Part shown: one piece after another, positions 31,525-41,298 of the stretch
How the letters are laid out: the number at the start of each line of letters is the position of its first letter
Numbering within the stretch: the first letter of the stretch is position 1
From: an uncultured Acidimicrobiales bacterium
GTDB lineage: Bacteria; Actinomycetota; Acidimicrobiia; Acidimicrobiales; DATKAS01
Assembly: GCA_963733765.1 (NCBI GenBank)
Contig: CAVTEI010000003.1
Location: 1,370,671 to 1,434,670, forward strand
Direction: 5' to 3'
Length of the DNA stretch: 64,000 nucleotides
The notes under the pieces: model-generated
Told to the model about the DNA's origin: nothing
Databases searched by the model: none
What the model saw: the letters and a program-made list of their open reading frames with translations, nothing else
Position numbers and translations under genes: made by a program

Positions 31525-33120
31525 TTACGCCTCGTTGACCTCGAGCGCATCTGTGTTGAGGTCTTCGGACGGGATGATGCGCGACGGCAACGCGTCGGGC
31601 ATCAGGCGCCCGTAGAAGTAGCCGGCGACGGCCATCACGACTGCGGCGACGAGAAAGGCGAGCCCGACTCCTCGAGTGAACGCGTGCTGAGCTTCGCTCG
31701 CGAGGCGCTGTCCGGCCGCACCGCCCAGTTGGTTGGCGACGGCGAGTGCCTGCCCGACCGACTCACTCGCGATGTCGCCGACCTCGGGCGGTAACGCCTC
31801 GGTGGGCGCCGCCATCGCCGAGTGGAAGCGCGACGCAGTGACGCTGCCGAGCACCGCGATGCCGAGCGCCGCGCCTACCTCGCGCGTCACGTCGTTGACG
31901 GCGGAGCCGACGCCCGACTTGGCGAGCGGCAGAGAGCCGACGATGAGCTGACTCGAGGCGGGCATCACGACTGCCGAGCCAGCCGCGATGGGAACCAGCG
32001 TCACCAGGATGATCCAGTACGCGGCGTCGACATCGATCGTGGACAGCAACGCGAACGCGGCCGCACCGATCCAGAAGCCGACGCGCACCACCCTGCGCAC
32101 GCCGAACCGGCTGATGATCTTGGGTCCTCGCGGCGCGATCGCGATGAGCGTGATCGCGTACGGCAGCTGACGGATGCCGGACTCGAGCGGCGAGTATCCC
32201 TGCACGAACTGAAAGAACTGCGTCAGCAGGAAGAACATCCCGAACGTGCACAGGAAGATCATGGTGATCGCGCCGCTGCCCGTCGAGAAGGGCCGCACCC
32301 TGAACAGCCGGGGATCGAGCATCGGGTTGGAGATCGACAGCTCGTACCGGACGAAGAGAGCGCCGCCGACCACGAACGCAGCGAAGCCGGCGAGGGTCGC
32401 CGGAGACGTCCACCCGAGCTCCGGACCTTCGATCACGGCGAAGACCAGTCCGACGAGCGCGACGACTGAGAGCACGGCCCCGATCGGATCGAGCGCGGTG
32501 TGGCCCGGATCGCGCGATGTGGGGACGAACAGCACGGTGAGCACGATCAGCAGCACGACGATGGGGATGCAGACCATGAAGACCGAACCCCACCAGTAGT
32601 GCTCGAGCAGCACCCCGCTCGTGATCGGTCCGAGCGCACCGCCAACTCCGGCGAACGCAGCCCAGAGCGCGATCGCCTTCGGGCGTTCGTGCATCGGGAA
32701 CGAGTTGAGGATGATCGAGAGGGTCGCCGGCATGATCAGCGCCGCTCCGACGCCCATCAGCGTCCGCATCGCGATGAGCTGGTTCGGGTCATTGGCCTGG
32801 CTGGCCGCAAGCGCCGCGCCGCCGAAGATGAAGAGGCCCACGACCAACGCGCCCTTGCGTCCGAACCTGTCGCCGAGTGCGCCCCCAGGCAGCAGCAGCC
32901 CGGCGAACACCAGCGCGTACGCGTCGATGATCCACTGCAGCTCGGTGCCCGACGCACCGAGCTCGCGCTGGATCGTCGGGATCGCGACGTTCAGCGCGCT
33001 CACCGCGATGACGATGATGACCAGGCTGAGGTTGAGGATGGCCAGGATCAGCCAGCGCCGGCGGTAGACGTCGGGTGCGATCCCGTAGGTGTCCGGGTTC
33101 GGTTCCGCCGTCGTGGTCAC
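31525..33120 (-). CDS. MFS transporter, DHA2 (14-TM, EmrB/QacA-like)
   Basis: LNVAIPTI, WIIDAYALVFAGLLL, GALGDRFGRK. Confidence 0.92.
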   Translation of the reverse strand: MTTTAEPNPDTYGIAPDVYRRRWLILAILNLSLVIIVIAVSALNVAIPTIQRELGASGTELQWIIDAYALVFAGLLLPGGALGDRFGRKGALVVGLFIFGGAALAASQANDPNQLIAMRTLMGVGAALIMPATLSIILNSFPMHERPKAIALWAAFAGVGGALGPITSGVLLEHYWWGSVFMVCIPIVVLLIVLTVLFVPTSRDPGHTALDPIGAVLSVVALVGLVFAVIEGPELGWTSPATLAGFAAFVVGGALFVRYELSISNPMLDPRLFRVRPFSTGSGAITMIFLCTFGMFFLLTQFFQFVQGYSPLESGIRQLPYAITLIAIAPRGPKIISRFGVRRVVRVGFWIGAAAFALLSTIDVDAAYWIILVTLVPIAAGSAVVMPASSQLIVGSLPLAKSGVGSAVNDVTREVGAALGIAVLGSVTASRFHSAMAAPTEALPPEVGDIASESVGQALAVANQLGGAAGQRLASEAQHAFTRGVGLAFLVAAVVMAVAGYFYGRLMPDALPSRIIPSEDLNTDALEVNEA

Positions 33121-33147
33121 TCTGGCGTTTCTATCGTGGCCGAGGGG

Positions 33148-33738
33148 CTACGCGTCGATGCGGTGGATGCCGCGCAATCCGGCCCACGCCAGATCGGCCA
33201 CCTGCTTGGCGAGCCGATCGGGGTCGAGGTCGAGAACCTGATCGACCCAGTGCCGGCTCGTCCCCTCTGCCAGCCCGACGAGTCCGTACGCCAGGTTGCG
33301 GCGGTGGTCGGCGTCGATGTCGGCGTCGATCAAAACGGCGATGGCCTCCGCGATGGTGCGCTCGACGGAACGCACCGCAGCCGCGAACTCCTCGTCGCGC
33401 CGCGCCCCGCTGCCGAACAGCAAGACGAATGAGTCGCGCTCCTCAGCCACGAACTTGAAGTAGGCCTGAAAGCCCCGTTCCACCTGCATGTGCGGTGTGC
33501 CCGCCTCGGCCGTCGCCTTGCCGATGGCGGCCATCAGCCGGTCGCCGACATCACCGAGCAGCTCGAGATACAGCTCGCGCTTCGACGAGAAGTGCTGATA
33601 GAGCACCGGCTTCGTGACCCCCGCCGCGGCGGCGATGTCGTTCATCGACGTCGCGTGGAAGCCCTGCGATGCGAAGACCTCGAGCGCAACGGCCACCAGT
33701 TGGTCTCGCCGCTCGGCGGCCGGAAGTCGCGTCGACAT
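33148..33738 (-). CDS. TetR family regulator resembling mycobacterial Rv3208 (FasR)
   Basis: RLPAAERRDQL...GFHATSMNDIA...GVTKPVLYQHFSSKRELY...AYGLVG...W...LAWAGL. Confidence 0.88.
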   Translation of the reverse strand: MSTRLPAAERRDQLVAVALEVFASQGFHATSMNDIAAAAGVTKPVLYQHFSSKRELYLELLGDVGDRLMAAIGKATAEAGTPHMQVERGFQAYFKFVAEERDSFVLLFGSGARRDEEFAAAVRSVERTIAEAIAVLIDADIDADHRRNLAYGLVGLAEGTSRHWVDQVLDLDPDRLAKQVADLAWAGLRGIHRIDA

Positions 33739-33756
33739 GGTTACCGGAGAGTAACC
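33739..33756. promoter_or_regulatory. GGTTAC-N6-GTAACC palindrome abutting the TetR start codon (autoregulatory operator)
   Basis: GGTTACCGGAGAGTAACC; overlaps minus-strand TACTCT (33748-33753). Confidence 0.7.
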
Positions 33757-33761
33757 GCCGC

Positions 33762-34022
33762 TCAGCGCCCCTGGGCGCGGTCTTCCTTCTCCGCGGCCTT
33801 CACGGCGTAGCCGAGGACGATCGACGGAGCGAGCAGGATCGAGCCGACGACGATGCTGCCGGTGACGATGCCCACGATGAGCCCCGTGAACTCGGTCATG
33901 GCCCCGATCACGAAGACCACGACTGCGACCAGGAAGCCCAAGTAGCCGAGCCGCTTCCCGATCGTCGCGACCTTCGCGGCCAGGGCTCGACGTTCCAACA
34001 CCGGGTCGCGCGGTTCGCTCAC
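33762..34022 (-). CDS. Small two-TM membrane protein of unknown function
   Basis: MSEPRDPVLERRALAAK...GYLGFLVAVVVFVIG...SILLAPSIVLGYAVKAAEKED; GTGA coupling to the upstream gene. Confidence 0.8.
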   Translation of the reverse strand: MSEPRDPVLERRALAAKVATIGKRLGYLGFLVAVVVFVIGAMTEFTGLIVGIVTGSIVVGSILLAPSIVLGYAVKAAEKEDRAQGR

Positions 34023-35063
34023 GGCAGCCATCCCGCGTCGTCGAGGAGGGCGCGGACGTCGCGGCGCAGGCGCTCGTGTGAGAAGTGGACGCGCGCGAGC
34101 TCGCGGTTCTGGGCGAGGTCTCGGGGGTCGGCCCCATCGCGTAGCACGGAGGCGAGCGGTGTCGGATCGTCGGTGGGCAACCATCGGAAGCCCAACGACC
34201 GGATCTCCTCCGCGATCGGGTAGCGCCCCACCGCGACGGGGCGTTGGTAGATCGCCGCTTCGATGGGTGGGTTGCCGAAGCCCTCCCATGTCGACGGAAA
34301 GACGACGGCGTCGCACGCGGCGTATCCGTCCGCGACGGCTGATCGGCGCTTCGAGCGGCGCTCGGAGAACCCGCACCTCGGTGGCGTCGAGCAGCCGGTC
34401 GAGGTCGGGCCCGTAGCCCTCCTCCGCGGGGCCAGTCAGCCAGTAGGTCGCCTGGGTCGCCTCGGCGAGGGCGATCGCGGCGGGCACGTTCTTGCGCGCG
34501 ATGGCTCGGGACGGGTGGAGGAGGAGTCGCTCCGTGCGCGCGACGTCGAGCCGCGCCCTCGTCTCGTCGCGTCGACCGGGCTCGACATCGACATCGAACG
34601 CATTCGCGATCTTCGTCGCGTCGATGCCGGCACGAGCGAGCATCTCCGCGCGCGTCAGGTCGCTGATCACGACGTGTCGCCACGCCGTGTCGTCAGCCGG
34701 GAGCTCGGTGACGAGCGCGTACCGCTCGCGCTGCCATGGCGGGTCGTGGTGATGGAGCACCGCGGGCCGCCCGCGCAGCACCTCGGCGACGACCCTCGAC
34801 GCGGTGAGGTTGATCGGGATCGTGAGCAGGTTCTCCACGACCACGAGGTCGAAGCCGTCGAGCGCGGTCTTGACCTCGTCGACGCTCGGCTCCTCGGCGG
34901 CGGCGATCGCGAGGCCGGGGACGAGGCGATCGACAGGACCGTCCCCGGCGACCGTCGACACGGAGAAGCCGATCTCAGTGAGCACCCGATCCCAGCGCGC
35001 CGAGACGATCGACACGCCATCAGCGCGCCCGAGACGGAACGAGAGGATCGCAGCGGTCGCCAT
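34019..35063 (-). CDS. GT-B/GT4 glycosyltransferase (+1 frameshift near 34340)
   Basis: LSFRLGRADGVS, HHHDPPWQR, PSRAIARKNV, then (shifted frame) AYAACDAVVFPSTWEGFGNPPIEAA. Confidence 0.88.
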
Positions 35064-35102
35064 GGGTGTCCGAAGGCTACGGCGCAGCCGACAGTGCAGA
35101 GA

Positions 35103-35993
35103 TCAGCCGAGGGCCTTCGCCATGCAGTAGCTGTCGGTCGATCCGACGTACTCGCCCCACGCCTCGGTGGGAGTGAACCCCGCCCGCTCGTAGACGCGAA
35201 CCGCTGATTCGAGATACAGCGCGGTCTCGAGCAGCAGGCGAGTCGCGCCGATGGCGCGCGCCTCGCGCTCGAGGCTGTCGACGAGCACCGCGCCGAGCTT
35301 CTTGTTGCGCGCCACGGGCTTCACGAACATGCGCTTCAGCTCGGCCACGCCCGGCTCGATGGTCCGCACGGCGCCGCACCCAACGGGTTCGCCGTGGAGG
35401 TGCAGCACCAGGAACGCGCCGCGTCCCGGGCTGACCTCCTCCGCGGTGAGGCCCCAGAAGTGGGAGCCCTCCGCATGGGTGGCCATGATGTCGGCGTTGA
35501 GCTCGCTGATGAGCTGCTGCGCGTCACCGTCGTCGAGGCCCACGCGCGTCACCGTGAGCGGAGGTTCCGGATGCGCGAACGTGAACGCCCAGGGCGAGGG
35601 CCCGTGGGTGCGCAGGAACTCCAGTCGCTCCTTCGCCTCGTCGACGCTCGGGATGTGTCCCGCGTTCACCCACCACAGCGTGGTGTAGGCGTCGGACGGC
35701 ACCTCGAAGAATTGGCGGCGCTGGCGCAGCACGGCGACATGATCCGGATGCGACACGAACGCGCGCAGTGCCTCGACCGAGGTCCACACGCTCATGTTCA
35801 CGAGGATGTCGGGGTCCGGAAACGCGCGCACCGAGGTCGCATCGCCTTCCTCGGTCTGCAGACGCCACACGAACCCCGGTGCCGCGTCGGCGATGGCGTT
35901 CACAGGCTCCAGGGCCGACACGAACGGCTCGAGCTGAGGACCGTCGAGCGGCGCGAGCAGGCGCGCGACGTTGACCTGCGCGAGGTGGTGCAC
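35103..35993 (-). CDS. DUF3291 domain fused to a GNAT acetyltransferase
   Basis: HLAQVNVARLLAP...APGFVWRLQ...NMSVW...WWV...GPSPWAFTF, then PVGCGAVR...ELKRMFVKPVAR...LETA...YERAGF. Confidence 0.88.
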   Translation of the reverse strand: MHHLAQVNVARLLAPLDGPQLEPFVSALEPVNAIADAAPGFVWRLQTEEGDATSVRAFPDPDILVNMSVWTSVEALRAFVSHPDHVAVLRQRRQFFEVPSDAYTTLWWVNAGHIPSVDEAKERLEFLRTHGPSPWAFTFAHPEPPLTVTRVGLDDGDAQQLISELNADIMATHAEGSHFWGLTAEEVSPGRGAFLVLHLHGEPVGCGAVRTIEPGVAELKRMFVKPVARNKKLGAVLVDSLEREARAIGATRLLLETALYLESAVRVYERAGFTPTEAWGEYVGSTDSYCMAKALG

Positions 35994-35995
35994 GA

Positions 35996-36021
35996 GGCGA
36001 ATGTATTCGGCGAATGTATTA
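35996..36021 (-). promoter_or_regulatory. 13-bp tandem duplication carrying two copies of a TACATT -10 element
   Basis: GGCGAATGTATT(C/A) x2; the proximal TACATT lies 6 nt before GTG 35993. Confidence 0.6.
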
Positions 36022-36789
36022 GCGGCGGCTGGGGAGTGGCTGCCCGCTATATCTCTCGATGAGCTCGGGAGCGGGCTCATCGTCCTCGGGCGCGAGGCTC
36101 GCCAGTGCCGGTTTCGCGCCCCCGTCCAGCATCGTCTCGCGTAGGTCGAGCACCCAGTCGTCGACGAGGCCCTCGGGGGCCGGCTGCCGGACGGCCCACG
36201 GGTGCGCAGGGGCCGCGCCCCGTTTCGAGGCTGCGTGCGCCCACGCCCGGCCGGGGGCCTTCGCATGGCGAGAAGCGGAACGCCGCGCCAGCCGGAACGC
36301 CACGTTGGCCAGCCCGAACAGCGCGATGAGGTCGCCGAACGTGAGCACCATGCTGAACGCGGGCACCGGAATGATGGCCGTCAGCGGCTCGAGTCGGTCG
36401 CCCGGTTCCTCGAGACGGCGCCCGGGCCCGAGCTCCGCGGAGCTCACAGCATCCTCGTCGACACCGACGTCGACGACGGCGTCGATGCGCACGGGAATCC
36501 CCTGGTTCGCGAGGAGGACGAGGAGGTTGCACGAGAGGCCGATCGCGACGATCACCACACCGGTCAGATGGAGGTTGAAGATCGCGAACGCGAGCACCAA
36601 GGTCCATCCGATCGCGACGACGCCGGTCGTCCAGCTCTGGTCGACGAACCAGGGGAGCACCGTGCATGCCAGGCCCAGGGCGCCGACCGGCCATCGCCGC
36701 ACCTGCGTCGTTCGGACCGCGCGCCAGTGACCACCGGCGATGAGACCTACGAGCAGGCCTCCGGCGAGAAACGCGAAGGGAAGCCACAT
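36019..36789 (-). CDS. DUF5317-like membrane protein
   Basis: GLSCNLLVLLANQGIPV...RLEPLTAIIPVP...VLTFGDLI. Confidence 0.75.
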   Translation of the reverse strand: MWLPFAFLAGGLLVGLIAGGHWRAVRTTQVRRWPVGALGLACTVLPWFVDQSWTTGVVAIGWTLVLAFAIFNLHLTGVVIVAIGLSCNLLVLLANQGIPVRIDAVVDVGVDEDAVSSAELGPGRRLEEPGDRLEPLTAIIPVPAFSMVLTFGDLIALFGLANVAFRLARRSASRHAKAPGRAWAHAASKRGAAPAHPWAVRQPAPEGLVDDWVLDLRETMLDGGAKPALASLAPEDDEPAPELIERYSGQPLPSRR

Positions 36790-36855
36790 GACGCGTTCAA
36801 CGTACTTCCGCAGGGTTCGCGTTCAGTGGATGTCCGCCTCACGCGCGGACGCGTG

Positions 36856-37460
36856 TCATGCGACGACGACGACGGGCGTGCCGACTCCCGCGAAGTCCCA
36901 CATCTTCGCGGCGTCCTCGACTCGCTGGCGTACGCAGCCAGCGCTGCGGAACGTGCCGAGCTGCTCGACGGCCTGGATGGCGCTGCCGTTCCGGCGCAAG
37001 GGGATCGAGTGGAACCCGATCGCGAGCGTGCGTCCGCGCGCGAACCGCACCATGTACTGCATGGTGACCTTCCCGCCTTGACCGGTGGTGACCGGCGAGC
37101 GCGAGAACACCGAGTAGCTGCCGGGACGTGGCACTCCACGACGTCCTGACACGAGCCACGAGTCGATCGCGACGCCGTCGGCACCGACGAGCCACACTCG
37201 CTGCGCCGAGTTGCTGTACACGACGCGGCGACCGCTGCCGGAGGCCGCCGGCAACGCGGGCAACGCCGCGCGCGCAGCCGGCGCGGCGCGGGCGGGGGGC
37301 TCACCGCTGCAGGCGCTGGTGGCGCGGCGGGCGACGGCGCCCCTTGGAGCACGGGGGGCGGCGGCGGCACGACGATCTGGGCGCCGGCGACGTCCGGCCA
37401 CCCGACACCGAGCACCGTGAGCGCGGCGAGTACGCCCAACACCAAACAGGTCCGCCTCAT
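36856..37460 (-). CDS. Secreted L,D-transpeptidase (YkuD) with Pro-rich linker (frameshifted in the linker)
   Basis: Signal peptide MRRTCLVLGVLAAL; RVVYSNSAQRVWLV...VSG...IGFHSIP...SAGCVR...VGTPVVVV. Confidence 0.85.
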
Positions 37461-37483
37461 CGCACCATGGTAGGACGGTTGCC

Positions 37484-39064
37484 GTGAGCGATCAGCCGAA
37501 CCTCCACGACTGGAAGCCCCTCGTCGAGGATCTCGGCGAGCGACGCGAGAAGGCGCTCGGCATGGGCGGGCCCGCGCTCCTCGAACGCCAACGGTCGATG
37601 GGCAAGCTGCCGGTGCGTGAACGGCTCGACCTCTTGCTCGACCCCGGTTCCTTCGTCGAGTTCGGACAGCTCGCCGATTCGATGGACCCCGCGCTCGCCG
37701 CCGATCGCGGCTACCTCGCGGCCGACGGCATGGTGGCTGGCGTCGGGCTGATCGACGGCCGTCGCGTCGCCGTGTGTGCATACGACTTCACGGTCATGGC
37801 GGGCTCGATGGGACAGGTCGGTGAGCACAAGACCGAGCGACTGCGTGAGGTCGCGCTCCGTCAGCGCATCCCGATCGTGTGGCTGCTCGACTCCGCGGGC
37901 GCGCGGATCCAGACGTCGTCGGGATCGACGTTCGCCGAGGCCGGACACCTGTTCCGCGAGCAGGTGACGATGAGTGGGGTGGTGCCGCAGGTCGCCGCGA
38001 TGCTCGGCCACTGCGCCGCGGGCACTGCCTACATCCCGGCGCTCACCGACTTCATCCCGATGGTGAAGGGCACCTCGTCGATGGCGCTGGGCGGGCGGCA
38101 TCTCGTGAAGGCGGCGACGGGCGAGGACGTGACCGAGGAGGAGATGGGCGGCTCCGAGGTCCACACGAAGGTGAGCGGCGTCGCCGACCTCGAGGTCGCA
38201 AGCGACGAGGAGTGCCTCGCGGTCGTGCGGGCGTACCTGTCGTTCTTCCCGAGCCACAACCAGGAGAACCCGCCCGTGCGGCCGGTGAGCGATCCGGTCG
38301 ACCGGCGCTGCGAGGAGCTCTACGACATCGTGCCTACCGCGCCTCGGCGCGCGTACGACATGCGCAAGGTAGTGAAGGTCATCGTCGACGACGGGTACTT
38401 CTTCGAGATCAAGCCCGGATGGGCACGCAACCTTGTGACCGGCCTCGCCCGCGTGGGTGGCATGCCGGTTGGCATCGTCGCGAGCCAACCGATGGTCCTC
38501 GGCGGTGCACTCGACGTGAACGCGGCCGACAAGGCGGCGCGCTTCGTGTGGCTGTGCGACGCGTTCAACATCCCGCTCGTGTTCTTGCACGACGTGCCCG
38601 GCTTCATCGTCGGATCCGCGGTCGAGAAGCAGGGCATCATCCGCCACGGCGCCAAGATGCTGTTCGCCGTGTCGGAGGCGACGGTTCCGAAGGTGTCGAT
38701 CGTCCTGCGGAAGTCGTACGGCGCGGGCTACTTCGTGATGAACGGCACCGCGTACGAGTGCGACTACATCGCGATCTGGCCGACCGCAGAGATCGCCGTC
38801 ATGGGCCCCGACGGCATGGTGAACATCATCATGCGCAAGCAGCTCGAAGCGATCCCCGAGGGCAAGGAGCGCAACGACGCGCGCATCGCGATGGCCGAGG
38901 AGCTGCGCAAGAACATCGACCCCTACATCGCCGCGGGGCACGCCCATGTCGACGATGTCATCGATCCGGCCGAGACCCGCCTCGCGATCTGGAAGGGGCT
39001 GCAGGTGTCACGGACCAAGCATGTCGATCGTCCGTGGCGCAAGCACGGCGTGATGCCCGTGTAG
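37484..39064 (+). CDS. Acyl-CoA carboxylase carboxyltransferase (beta) subunit
   Basis: GKLPVRERL, DFTVMAGSMG, DSAGARIQ, DVPGFIVG, RKSYGAG, AVMGP, DDVIDPAETR. Confidence 0.95.
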   Translation: MSDQPNLHDWKPLVEDLGERREKALGMGGPALLERQRSMGKLPVRERLDLLLDPGSFVEFGQLADSMDPALAADRGYLAADGMVAGVGLIDGRRVAVCAYDFTVMAGSMGQVGEHKTERLREVALRQRIPIVWLLDSAGARIQTSSGSTFAEAGHLFREQVTMSGVVPQVAAMLGHCAAGTAYIPALTDFIPMVKGTSSMALGGRHLVKAATGEDVTEEEMGGSEVHTKVSGVADLEVASDEECLAVVRAYLSFFPSHNQENPPVRPVSDPVDRRCEELYDIVPTAPRRAYDMRKVVKVIVDDGYFFEIKPGWARNLVTGLARVGGMPVGIVASQPMVLGGALDVNAADKAARFVWLCDAFNIPLVFLHDVPGFIVGSAVEKQGIIRHGAKMLFAVSEATVPKVSIVLRKSYGAGYFVMNGTAYECDYIAIWPTAEIAVMGPDGMVNIIMRKQLEAIPEGKERNDARIAMAEELRKNIDPYIAAGHAHVDDVIDPAETRLAIWKGLQVSRTKHVDRPWRKHGVMPV

Positions 39065-39080
39065 CGAGCGTCGGCGGTCC

Positions 39081-39872
39081 TCAGGGGCGGCTGCGCACAC
39101 CGACGAGCAGCGTCTCGATGATCCGCCTCGGTGCCTCGTTCAGCAGCGGGAACGCGAGCGCCCGCTTGGGGATGCGAACGTGCCGTCGTCCCTTCTGCAC
39201 CGCCACGACGACTTCATCGGCCACCGACTCGCGGGGAACGTCGACGAGCATCTGCAGCTTGTAGAAGCGGTCGAACGACTTCCGGGTCGGGGAGTACTCG
39301 TTCACCTGGTCGAGCATGTCGGTCGGGATCGGGCCGAGCTCGACGAGCGTGGTGCCGATGGGCGTGCCCTTGAGCTCGAGTCGCAGCACGCCGCTGAAGT
39401 TCGTGAGCCCGCCCTTCGTCGAGCAATACGACGTCATGCCGGCGAAGCCGCCCACGCCCGCGAGCGAGGAGACGTTCACGATGTGGCCGCGGCCGCGCAT
39501 CAACATCCCGGGGAGGACCTGCCGGCACAGCTCGACCGGCGTCACGAGGTTCACCTGGTGGATGGTGCGGATGTCCTCCGCCTTCGTGTCGACGAGCGCG
39601 CCGACCATGTCGAGCCCCGCGTTGTTCACCAGCACGTCGACCGGGCCGGTGTCGCGCTCGACCCGCGCGATCAGACCGTCGACCTGGGCCGGATCGCCGA
39701 GGTCGGTCGCGATCGACGCGCCGCCGACGTCTGCCATCACCTTGCCGAGCAGCTCGGCGTTGCGGGCCACCCCGACCACATGGGCGCCCTCTTGTGCGAA
39801 GCGCTGTGCGAGTGCCTCACCGATGCCGCGTGATGCACCAGTGATGAGCACGTTCTTGCCGGTCAGATCCAT
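39081..39872 (-). CDS. SDR family oxidoreductase
   Basis: ITGASRGIG, NNAG, YCSTK. Confidence 0.92.
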   Translation of the reverse strand: MDLTGKNVLITGASRGIGEALAQRFAQEGAHVVGVARNAELLGKVMADVGGASIATDLGDPAQVDGLIARVERDTGPVDVLVNNAGLDMVGALVDTKAEDIRTIHQVNLVTPVELCRQVLPGMLMRGRGHIVNVSSLAGVGGFAGMTSYCSTKGGLTNFSGVLRLELKGTPIGTTLVELGPIPTDMLDQVNEYSPTRKSFDRFYKLQMLVDVPRESVADEVVVAVQKGRRHVRIPKRALAFPLLNEAPRRIIETLLVGVRSRP

Positions 39873-39949
39873 CGGCCCCCCTCGGTCGCCCGCCCTCCGT
39901 GGGCGCCATAGTCTCGCCCGCCAGCGCCGCGGGCGCACGGGGAGGCGTC

Positions 39950-40162
39950 GTGACCGAAGTTCGGGCCGAGATCACCGCGAACGTCTGGCAGGTGCGCACC
40001 GAAGTGGGCGCGCAGGTGGCCGAGGGCGACGAGCTCGTCATTCTGGAGTCGATGAAGATGGAGATCCCCGTCGTGGCGCCGGTTTCGGGCACCGTCACCG
40101 AGATCCGGGTCGCCCCCGACGACAAGATTCAGGAGGGCGACGTCGTCGTCGTGATCGACTGA
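39950..40162 (+). CDS. Small biotin/lipoyl carrier protein (Rv3221c/TB7.3-like)
   Basis: 70 aa; ILESMKMEIPV; GGAGG RBS. Confidence 0.92.
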   Translation: MTEVRAEITANVWQVRTEVGAQVAEGDELVILESMKMEIPVVAPVSGTVTEIRVAPDDKIQEGDVVVVID

Positions 40163-40187
40163 CCGACCCTCTCTTCGTCGCCGGCCT

Positions 40188-40354
40188 CCGCTCCGCTTCG
40201 CCCGGCTCCTGCTCGCTTCGCTCGACAATCGGTGCTTCGCGCACCCGGCGGCGCATTGCGCCGCCCGCTACCGCTTCGCTTCGGGCGGCTCCTGCTCGCT
40301 ATCGCTCGACAATCGGTACTTCGCGCACCCGGCGGCGCATTGCGCCGCCCGCTA
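40188..40354. repeat. Two tandem ~83-bp hairpin-rich units (REP-like) between convergent genes
   Basis: 40188-40270 and 40271-40354 share CGGCTCCTGCTCGCT(A)TCGCTCGACAATCGGT(G/A)CTTCGCGCACCCGGCGGCGCATTGCGCCGCCCGCTA. Confidence 0.9.
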
Positions 40355-41270
40355 GCTCGAGAAGGCCTTCTTCAGGAGGCTGATCGACTCGGCTTGCGCT
40401 TGGTCGGCCGCGGGCATCACCCCGACCATCGTGAAGAAGCCGTGGATCTGGCCGTCGTAGCGCGTGTTCGTCACTGAGACACCGACCTCGCGCAGCTTCT
40501 CCGCGTATGCCTCACCCTCGTCACGCAGGGGATCGAACTCGGCCGTGATCACGTGCGCGGGTGGCGTCTTGGCGAGCACCTCGTCGCTGGCGAACAGCGG
40601 CGAGAGGAGCGGCTGCGTGACGTCAGTGCCCTCCTCGTAGTAGTGGCCCATGAACCAATCCATGGCCTCCTTCGTGAGGAGGTAGCCCTCGGCGTTCTCC
40701 TTGACCGACGGGAACGACATCGTGATGTCGACCACGGGGTAGACGAGAAGCTGGTACGCGATGCCGGGCACCGAGTTGGACACGATCGCGCTCGAGGTTG
40801 CCGCCCGCGGAGTCGCCGCCCACCGCGACACGCGACGGATCGCCGCCGAGCGAGGCCGTGTTCGCGAGCACCCACTTCGACACTGCGATGCACACGTTCG
40901 GACCCGCTGGGAAACGCGCCTCGGGCGCGAGCGGATAGTCGACGTTCACGACGATGCACCCGGCGCCGTTCGCCAGGCGGCGGGCGGTCGCCTCGCTGTT
41001 CGCCGCGGTGCCAATCACGAAGCCGCCACCGTGGATCCAGATCAGCACGGGCAGCCCGCCGTCGCTGGTGCCCGCGGGCTTGATCACCTGGCAGGGGATG
41101 CCCTCGATCGTCTGCCACTCGCTGGACGCGACCTCCGGCATCTCGGGCGCCATCGCTTCCATTGCGGTCATCTGCGCTCGAAGCTCTTCGGGTGAGATGT
41201 CACCTCCGAGCTTGATGCCCATCTCGTTGATGAGGTCGAGGATCTGACGGGCAGCAGGATCGAGAGGCAT
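40352..41270 (-). CDS. Alpha/beta hydrolase, HSL family esterase/lipase (net +1 frameshift near 40790)
   Basis: HGGGF, GDSAGGNL, FDPLRDEG, HGF. Confidence 0.93.
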
Positions 41271-41298
41271 GCGCGGGATGTTATGCCGCGGCCCGACG

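Noticed and set aside
33148..35063. Apparent 511-aa TetR and 433-aa glycosyltransferase-membrane fusion in the ORF track
   Set aside because: Produced by upstream open frames and the +1 frameshift near 34340; three separate genes explain the region.
40188..40354. Possible CRISPR array
   Set aside because: Only two abutting ~83-bp units, no unique spacers and no cas genes in the window.
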